Source: Acidobacteriota bacterium
Lineage (GTDB): Bacteria; Acidobacteriota; Vicinamibacteria; Vicinamibacterales; 2-12-FULL-66-21
Assembly (NCBI GenBank): GCA_046732715.1
Contig: JBKPNQ010000004.1
Coordinates: 4,150 to 68,149, forward strand
DNA: 64,000 nt
Direction of reading: 5' to 3'
Within the stretch, counting starts at the first letter, position 1; each line of letters starts with the position of its first letter. The notes below the pieces were generated by a model, which was not told the DNA's origin, did no database searches, and saw only the letters and a program-made list of their open reading frames with translations. Positions 57,555-64,000 of this stretch are shown here, piece by piece. A program made the translations under genes and the position numbers.

Positions 57555-60500
57555 GCGGGAGGTGCGGAGACGAGTCCAGTCGCCGGATTGGATGAAGCCG
57601 CCCCAGTAGTAGGGGTGGCGCAGGCCTGGACGTCGCAGGATCGACAGTTTCGCCTGACGAAGAGCGTCGCCTCGACCGGCGCCCGATCGCAGCCGCGCGT
57701 AGTAGGCCACCATCGTGTCGCGCGCCACGGCATCGCTCACAGGCCACAGGCTCATGACGAGCGTCTCGGCTCCGGCCAGCATGAACGCGCGCCGTAGCCC
57801 GTAGACGCCCTCGCCGTTGTGGATGTCCCCGACGCCGGTGTCGCAGGCCGAAAGCGTGACCAGACTGGTTCCGCGGAGGTTCAGGCCGGCAGCTTCGAGC
57901 GCCGTCAGGATGCCATCGCCATCGCCCTGTGCGGTTCCGGCGAAGTTGGCGCCGGCGAGCGCCAGTCCCGATCGCAGCAGCGGATTCTGAGCGATGACCG
58001 ACTCCGATCCGCCGCTGGCGTCGTCTTCCAGGAAGAATCCATGCGACGCGATGTGCAGGATGTTCGGCGCCGCGATCCGTGTGAGCGTGGACTTTGTCGC
58101 ACGTCGTCCGGTCAGCAAAGTCGCGTCCGGGAAGAGCGCCTTGATGGCACGGCCTTCCAGCGCGCTGCCGAGCAGCGGGGCGAAGTAGAGGCCGGACAAG
58201 TCGGCGCCGACGGTGACGGAGCGGGAGCCGCCGGTCGCCGCTGATTGTCCGCGTCGCGCGACGGTGGCCGACGGTTCGCCGAACAGCGGGTCGGCGACGA
58301 TCACCGGCTTGCCAGGCGCGGCCGGCGCGCTCTGCATGCGGAGCAGATCGCGGCCGCTGGTGAGATAGGTCATGGCGTATCGCTCGATCAGGTAGCGGCC
58401 ATGTTCGTCCACCAGGGCCTCGAAGGGCACCAGGTTCAAGCCGCCGTCTGGCGAGATCAACAGGCGGGTGACGCCCGCCAGGGAGGCGCGCAGCGGCCGT
58501 ACGATTCTCTCGTCGAGCGCGCGGCCTCGTGCGTTCACGTCGGTGTCACCCGGGTCGCGAAGCGCTGTGCGCAGGCCGACAATCAGTGCGTCGATGTCTT
58601 CGACCGCGCCGAGATCAAACCCGATGGGTGGACCGTGCTTTGAGACGACGTAGGCGGCGTAGTGAGGTGGTCCGTAGGCTTCTTCATTCCGCTCGGCCTC
58701 CGGATCGAAGGGACGGAACACGGCGAATTCAATCAACACAGCGTCGCGTGGAATCGCCGCCTGTACGGTTTCCAGCGTGACCGGACACATATCAGCCCTG
58801 AACTCCGCGCTCCGCTCACTGAGCGTCGCTTCCAGTTGCTCCTTGCGCGCCTCAATCTCGGCGACCGACTCGCGCACGTCCGGCGCCGATTGTCGTGCTC
58901 CGCCCAGGGCGATGCGGGCGAGGCTGGCATCGGTCTCTTTCAACTCGTCCATCAGCATCTGATCGTCCGGGGCGGCCACGCGCTGTCGCGCCGCAGCGAA
59001 GAGATCCGTCATCGCGTCCTGCACACGGCCCTTCCGCTGAAGCAGAACCAGCGCAGCCAACGACGCAGCGTCCGGGTTGTCGGGCGCCTGCCTGAGATGG
59101 AGTGAGATCGTGCGGTCGGTGCGGTCCGCTTCGTTCCTGACGAACGCCAGTTTCTGCCGCTCCGAGCCGGTCGCGAGGTAGAGGTTCAGCTGCATCTCGA
59201 GAATCGCGTCAGCCCGCCGCTGGAACTTCAGCGCATTTTCGATGTCGCCGGCGCCGGCGTAGGTGCGCGCGATGTTGCCGACGACGAGGAGCGTTTCGCG
59301 ACCGTACGGTCCGACGCTCTTTTCCCACATGCTCAAGGCGCGGAAATGGATCTCGAGCGCTTGTTGATCGTTTCCGGTTGCGCGATAGATGTTCGCGAGG
59401 TTCGTCAGCACCCCGGCCAGGCCCGGATGATCCGGTCCGAGCAGCCGTTCCCGAATCGACAAGGCGCGGCTGTAATAGCTGACCGCCTCGTCGTAGTTCT
59501 TGCGCTCGCGCGCCATGATGCCGAGATTCTGCAAGGCTGTCGCGACGAAGAGGCTGTTGCTGCCAATCAGCGACTCACCGATCGCTAGCGACTTCCGGAA
59601 CAGCGACTCGGCGCCCGCGTAGTCGTTCCTCGCGCGGAGGACGTCGGCGAGATTGTTCTCGAGCGTCGCCTCCAGAAGCGTACCCGTCTGCCCGGTACGC
59701 TCGACCACCGCCAACGCGTCACGGTCGACGTGCTCGGCCTGCCGCAGGTCTCCGGCGCTCTGGCGCAGGTTTCCAAGCGTGACCAGCGACAGCAGATACC
59801 ACGGGTGCGCGGAGCCAAGAGAGCGCTCGAGGAGCGGCAGCACGTCGCGGATAGCCGCCTCCGCCTTCAGACGCTGACCGGCGCGCTCATCGAGCAGCGC
59901 CAGTCGCGATCGTGTCATCGCCGCATACGGGTGCGCCGCGCCCCACGCGCTGTCGAACGTCGCCAGGGCTCGCTCGTACAAAGACCTTGCTCGGTCGTTG
60001 TCTTGCGCCTCCAGCGCGTTGCCGGCAAGGTCGAATCGCAACAGCGCGAGCGACGTGGCGTCGATTCCCGGCACCGACTCCGCGACCGAAAGCGACTGCT
60101 CCAGGAGCGTCCGCGCCTCGGTGAAGTGTCCACTCCGCTCGAGTTGTTGTCCGAGCGAGCGCAAGATGAGCGATTGCTGCAGGCGGCGGTCTGATTCCGA
60201 CGCCACTCGCGCGGCCCCCATTCGGATGACGAAATCTCCCGGGTCTACCGCTCCAGTGGCCGGCCTGACGGTGACGGTGTAGGTCCCCGCCGCCGACGCG
60301 ACAATCTCGACGTGTTCTTCGCCGTCGCGCCGGATTTCGTCCTGAAAGTCACAAATCGGCTTTCCTCCTGTGTCCGACACCGAGACCACGAGGTCGATCC
60401 CTTTCTGCTCGACAGCGATGGCGACGGCCGTGGCCGCGGTGAGCGCGAGTTGAAACCGCTGCTGCTCGCCCGGCGCGATGTGTCGTTGGATAGGGATTTC

Positions 60501-60605
60501 CGGGATGAGCCTCGAGACCTCCGGCTCCTGGCTGCTGAGGTTCGAGAAGAGCAGAGCGGTCGCGGTCCAGGTGGTGGCGGTATTGAAAAGAAAGGCGCCG
60601 CGCAT
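57552..60605 (-). CDS. TPR-CHAT (caspase HetF-like) protease with N-terminal PPC-like domain
   Basis: Signal-like N-terminus; VEQKGIDLVV; kinesin-light-chain-like TPRs; ISPDGGLNLVPFEAL, ILHIASHG (His), LSACDTG (Cys), SLWPVSD, HPYYWGGF. Confidence 0.93.
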   Translation of the reverse strand: MRGAFLFNTATTWTATALLFSNLSSQEPEVSRLIPEIPIQRHIAPGEQQRFQLALTAATAVAIAVEQKGIDLVVSVSDTGGKPICDFQDEIRRDGEEHVEIVASAAGTYTVTVRPATGAVDPGDFVIRMGAARVASESDRRLQQSLILRSLGQQLERSGHFTEARTLLEQSLSVAESVPGIDATSLALLRFDLAGNALEAQDNDRARSLYERALATFDSAWGAAHPYAAMTRSRLALLDERAGQRLKAEAAIRDVLPLLERSLGSAHPWYLLSLVTLGNLRQSAGDLRQAEHVDRDALAVVERTGQTGTLLEATLENNLADVLRARNDYAGAESLFRKSLAIGESLIGSNSLFVATALQNLGIMARERKNYDEAVSYYSRALSIRERLLGPDHPGLAGVLTNLANIYRATGNDQQALEIHFRALSMWEKSVGPYGRETLLVVGNIARTYAGAGDIENALKFQRRADAILEMQLNLYLATGSERQKLAFVRNEADRTDRTISLHLRQAPDNPDAASLAALVLLQRKGRVQDAMTDLFAAARQRVAAPDDQMLMDELKETDASLARIALGGARQSAPDVRESVAEIEARKEQLEATLSERSAEFRADMCPVTLETVQAAIPRDAVLIEFAVFRPFDPEAERNEEAYGPPHYAAYVVSKHGPPIGFDLGAVEDIDALIVGLRTALRDPGDTDVNARGRALDERIVRPLRASLAGVTRLLISPDGGLNLVPFEALVDEHGRYLIERYAMTYLTSGRDLLRMQSAPAAPGKPVIVADPLFGEPSATVARRGQSAATGGSRSVTVGADLSGLYFAPLLGSALEGRAIKALFPDATLLTGRRATKSTLTRIAAPNILHIASHGFFLEDDASGGSESVIAQNPLLRSGLALAGANFAGTAQGDGDGILTALEAAGLNLRGTSLVTLSACDTGVGDIHNGEGVYGLRRAFMLAGAETLVMSLWPVSDAVARDTMVAYYARLRSGAGRGDALRQAKLSILRRPGLRHPYYWGGFIQSGDWTRLRTSR

Positions 60606-61510
60606 TACTGCCGCGCCACCTCGAATGCGTAGGTGGCAACGAAGTCAGGCGGCGCGCTTGCGTGCACGAAAAGGTCGAGTGCGTAGTGCTGCGCCTTCAG
60701 CAGCGCGGCGGGCAGCCCGATTGATACCACTGGCGCGAGGCGCTCTCGATTCGGGGCCACTGGCGCGCTGCGCCAGATGATGCGATTGGTCGCGGGATCC
60801 TTGAGCGCAACGTCGTAGGAGGCGGATCCAACCGCTTCGACCTCGAGGTCCAACGGCACACTGCGCGATCCCGGCGCCACCGAGATGATCGGCGTTGGTC
60901 CGACGCCGCGCGTCTGCGGCCGGAGCACGAGCGCGATCGCGGAGAGTGGTCTGACGGCCCGCGCATCCGCGAGGGCTTGGGTAGCGGTCGCAGCCGCCTT
61001 CCGCTGTTGGTCGAGTTCAGCCGACACGGTATTGGCGCGTTCGGTCGCGGCGGTGATCTGTCCCCTGGCGATATCCAGGTCACGCCGAAGAGAGACATGC
61101 TGAAGGACGAGCACGCTGACGCTTACAAACAACGCAGCCGCGACCGCCTGCGCCCACGGAAATATGCGGCGGCGTCTGGCCGGCCGTGGAACGATTGCGG
61201 GCTGCGGCACGGCAGACAGACGCGATTCGGGACGATCGATCTTCGCCAGGAAGCCTGTCGCGAATGCTGCCTTTCTGCGACGGCGCGGCGACGCGAGGTA
61301 GAACGACTCGAACCGCCGCCGCGTCTCGCCGCTGAGTGTGCCGGCCGCGTAGGCGTCCACCAAATCGTCTTCGACAAGCCGCAATCGCGTCGACAGCTCG
61401 TCGTCGATGATGCTCAGCTCTTCGAGACGTTCGGTATCCTCTTCGGGCAGGCAGCCAAGGACATAGCTCACCAGTTGGTCGTCGCTAAACGGTTCTCGGG
61501 GCTGAGACAT
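60605..61510 (-). CDS. Putative membrane-anchored anti-sigma factor
   Basis: LVSYVLG.L.EE..ERLEE..EDDLVDAY..G.L; one TM helix, coiled coil, C-terminal beta domain; TAATG coupling to CHAT; no HxxxCxxC. Confidence 0.7.
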   Translation of the reverse strand: MSQPREPFSDDQLVSYVLGCLPEEDTERLEELSIIDDELSTRLRLVEDDLVDAYAAGTLSGETRRRFESFYLASPRRRRKAAFATGFLAKIDRPESRLSAVPQPAIVPRPARRRRIFPWAQAVAAALFVSVSVLVLQHVSLRRDLDIARGQITAATERANTVSAELDQQRKAAATATQALADARAVRPLSAIALVLRPQTRGVGPTPIISVAPGSRSVPLDLEVEAVGSASYDVALKDPATNRIIWRSAPVAPNRERLAPVVSIGLPAALLKAQHYALDLFVHASAPPDFVATYAFEVARQ

Positions 61511-61539
61511 AGGCTCCAGATCGAAAGGCCCTTCTTAGG

Positions 61540-61567
61540 ATAGGAATTCCGCCACCAGAATCTTTCA
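61540..61567 (-). promoter_or_regulatory. Shared motif copy 1: TGAAAGA-N16-CCTAT
   Basis: Minus strand tgaaaga ttctggtggcggaatt cctat, overlapping the sigma stop, 30 nt before the anti-sigma ATG. Confidence 0.55.
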
Positions 61568-62173
61568 GAGCCGTTTTCGGCAGGCGCCGACGCAGCGTTC
61601 CAGGTTCGCCCGCAGGCGCCAGGCTCGAATACCCAGCGCGTTCATGCTAATCCCGAGCTGCCGGGCGAGTTCCCTGCGTCGATCGATTCGCTGTCGTTTC
61701 GCGTCGCGGTAGTACTCGACGATCAGGTGCTTGTCCTCTGGCTTCAGGATGTTCAGGCAACGCCCCAGGCAGTCGAGCGACTGGTCCACACCGTCGTCGG
61801 CGCCCGACAGGTCAGCTCGCGCATGGTGGACGGCGGCACGGGTTTCCTCGAATGGAACGTCGCGACGCGTCCGCCGGATGTCCTCGAGGAGCACAAATCG
61901 TGCGACGACGTAGCAGTAGCGCGCCGGGGGCGTGACCTTGATGCGGCCGGACTCCTCGAGCGTCCTGCTCACGCGATCGAATGTCTCATCGGCCAACACG
62001 TCCGGTGCCGGGCGGTTGCGTCGATCAAAGTAGGCGACCAGGCGGCGTCGCATTTCCAGGTAGCGCTCGCCCTGCGAGTCGGACCCGTCATCGAGCCAGC
62101 GAAGGAGCCGTGTGAAAGCGGTTCCGGAGATCCCCGAATCGTGTCGATCAACTTCCTGCGTCAGAACAGTCAT
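61565..62173 (-). CDS. Atypical ECF-type RNA polymerase sigma factor
   Basis: FTRLLRWLD..GERY..RRRLVAYF, LADETFDRV, CLGRCL..L, RRELARQLGISMNALGIRAWRLRANLERC. Confidence 0.8.
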   Translation of the reverse strand: MTVLTQEVDRHDSGISGTAFTRLLRWLDDGSDSQGERYLEMRRRLVAYFDRRNRPAPDVLADETFDRVSRTLEESGRIKVTPPARYCYVVARFVLLEDIRRTRRDVPFEETRAAVHHARADLSGADDGVDQSLDCLGRCLNILKPEDKHLIVEYYRDAKRQRIDRRRELARQLGISMNALGIRAWRLRANLERCVGACRKRL

Positions 62174-62416
62174 GATGATTTCTTCGTTCGCGTATTTACC
62201 ATCCGCCGATCGGTCGGATGAAGCAACTCCATGCAAGACACGTGACCACGATGGACGATGAGAAAGATCTGCAGACGATCAATATTTGATGACGTGCAGC
62301 TGTCCGAAGGTAAGACCTCGCCCCGGCCGGCTCGCCCCGATCGCTGCGAGCGACAAAAACCGGCGCCTCGTTACGCACGCCGTAAATGCCGACTGGTTCG
62401 AAGGTCCTGATCGTCC

Positions 62417-62998
62417 CTACACTGCCACCCCTTCGTCCTTTGGTTCCTCTACGCTTCGCATGTGAGGGGTCGCGCGTTTCAATTCGTCGCCGAGCAGGCC
62501 ACGCAGCGCTTCACGGGCTCGCGACAGGCCCGACATCACCGTGCCGATCGGAATGTCCATGACATCCGCCAGCTCACGATAGGAAAGTCCCTCAATCTCG
62601 CGGAGGACGATCAGTTCGCGAAATCGATCGGGCAGGCTGCCGATCGCCCGCTCGATCCGTGCCGCAGTATCGGTCCGCAGCATCAGCGTCTCCGGACTAT
62701 TGGACGACTGCGCGCTGCTGTGACGTTCCTCATCGAACGGATCCGTCAGCGTCCGGATCGGTTTCCATTCGCCGTGGCAGGTGTTTCGGACAATCCGAAG
62801 AAACCAGGCGCGGCCGTTTCCGCCGCCGAAGGTCCGAAAGTAGCGGAACGCGCGCAGCGCCGCTTCCTGCACCACGTCTTCTGCATCGTCTTCGTTCCGC
62901 ACCAGCCAGCGCGCCAGCCGGTAGGCCGCGTCAAGGTGAGGCAGGACGACATCGTCGAAGGTCGCTCCCTCGTCGAGTGACCGTGTGACTTCATTCAC
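62417..62998 (-). CDS. ECF RNA polymerase sigma factor (sigma24 type)
   Basis: PHLDAAYRLARWL, DAEDVVQEA, RAWFLRIVRN, LREIEGLSY.E.A..IPIGTVMSGLSRAR; GTGA overlap with upstream gene. Confidence 0.93.
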   Translation of the reverse strand: MNEVTRSLDEGATFDDVVLPHLDAAYRLARWLVRNEDDAEDVVQEAALRAFRYFRTFGGGNGRAWFLRIVRNTCHGEWKPIRTLTDPFDEERHSSAQSSNSPETLMLRTDTAARIERAIGSLPDRFRELIVLREIEGLSYRELADVMDIPIGTVMSGLSRAREALRGLLGDELKRATPHMRSVEEPKDEGVAV

Positions 62999-63942
62999 GA
63001 TGTGACCTCGCTGGCGCCGACGATCTGTTGGATGCCCTCTTCGAGCGTCGGATAACTGAATTGAAAGCCGGTTCCCCGAAGCCGGATGTTTGAGAACACC
63101 ATGTCGCCCTCGAGGCAATCGACGGTCGTGCGGCGACCGAGAATCTGCGCCGCGGCGGCGGGGAGCCGCCGCACCTTCAGCGGCCGCTCAGCCATGCGCG
63201 CGAACGTTTCCGCGAACTCATGAACCTGAATCGGATCGCTGTTGACGAGAAAATAGCGGCTTCCAGGTTCGCCCCGTTCGGCCAGGTGGACGAGCGCCCG
63301 GGCGCAGTCGTGAACGTGAATGGGCGAGATCCAATTCCGGCTCGCGCCAAACTGCAGGACTCGACGGCCTGACATGATGGGCTCCAGGATTCGCTCTCGA
63401 AACCAGGCACCATTGCCGTAGACCCACCCGGGAAGCGCGGTGACGACCGGTAGCCCGGCGACGACATACCCGTCCAGTCGATCGAGAGCCGGACTGAGGC
63501 AGCGTCCCCAGCCACCTGGCCGAAGCGGTGAGTCTTCCGTGATCGGACGTGCACCGGTGATTCCGTAGCAGCTCGAATCGGCCACGTACACCACCCGGCG
63601 CGTCGTCCCGTTGGCGACGGCATCCAGCAGGTTGGCATCCATCGCGACGCGTTCACTCATCAGCGCCGCCGCGTGTCGGCGTCCGCGCGCTTCATGCATC
63701 AGCGGCTGCGGTGGGATATGGAACACCCACTCAGTACCTGCCTCGTCCTGCCACTGACCCGGCTTCGCTAGCTCTCCGACGACGGCCGTGGCTCCTGCCC
63801 GGCGAAGTCGATGCGCTGACTCCACCGAAGGTACCAGGCCAATCACCTGATGGCCGCCCGCGACCAGGACCTTCACGAGCTCCCTGCCGACAAACCCGAC
63901 GGCGTTCGTAACGAAAGTGGTGACTCCTTCGCCGACTGTCAT
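62995..63942 (-). CDS. NAD-dependent epimerase/dehydratase family protein (degenerate motifs)
   Basis: FVTNAVGFVG (variant of TGxxGxxG), PITED, PGWVYG, PIHVHD.A, GFQFSYPT.EEG. Confidence 0.8.
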   Translation of the reverse strand: MTVGEGVTTFVTNAVGFVGRELVKVLVAGGHQVIGLVPSVESAHRLRRAGATAVVGELAKPGQWQDEAGTEWVFHIPPQPLMHEARGRRHAAALMSERVAMDANLLDAVANGTTRRVVYVADSSCYGITGARPITEDSPLRPGGWGRCLSPALDRLDGYVVAGLPVVTALPGWVYGNGAWFRERILEPIMSGRRVLQFGASRNWISPIHVHDCARALVHLAERGEPGSRYFLVNSDPIQVHEFAETFARMAERPLKVRRLPAAAAQILGRRTTVDCLEGDMVFSNIRLRGTGFQFSYPTLEEGIQQIVGASEVTS

Positions 63943-64000
63943 GGCGCCAGTGTGAACCGTCCTCGGATGCAGGCGCCACGGACGATGCCCATACAGCAGC

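Noticed and set aside
57552-60605. Type III-E CRISPR (Craspase) locus
   Set aside because: No Cas7-11, other cas genes or array; only an analogous protease-sigma logic

Overview
High-GC bacterial chromosomal DNA. The gene content (VWFA-related proteins, Oar-like TonB-dependent receptors, a duplicated orphan ABC permease, a PSD/DUF1552 pair, Gly-Arg-rich inserts) points to Acidobacteriota, probably Vicinamibacteria; this is an inference. About 40 CDS; no rRNA, tRNA, CRISPR array or intact transposase seen. Main blocks: VWA / cytochrome c-PSD / DUF1552 / VWA; a divergent catabolic locus (nucleoside-type MFS and Zn-dehydrogenase versus SDR, cyclase, Tm-1-like, HD protein and xanthine-dehydrogenase-family trio); sugar enzymes; an APC permease-USP-MgtE fusion; a sigma54-driven Cys/His-rich leader, TonB receptor and BNR protein operon resembling metal-responsive ribosome-stalling systems; a MarR gene flanked by twin operators; and an ECF sigma / membrane anti-sigma / TPR-CHAT protease / GGDEF / HExxH cluster with a shared TGAAAGA-N15-16-CCTAY motif before three genes (best candidate for an undescribed system). 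Also seen: three genes collapsed by large internal deletions and many intergenic inverted arrays of short tandem repeats. All family calls come from reading motifs, with no database searches; several starts were re-picked relative to the ORF track.
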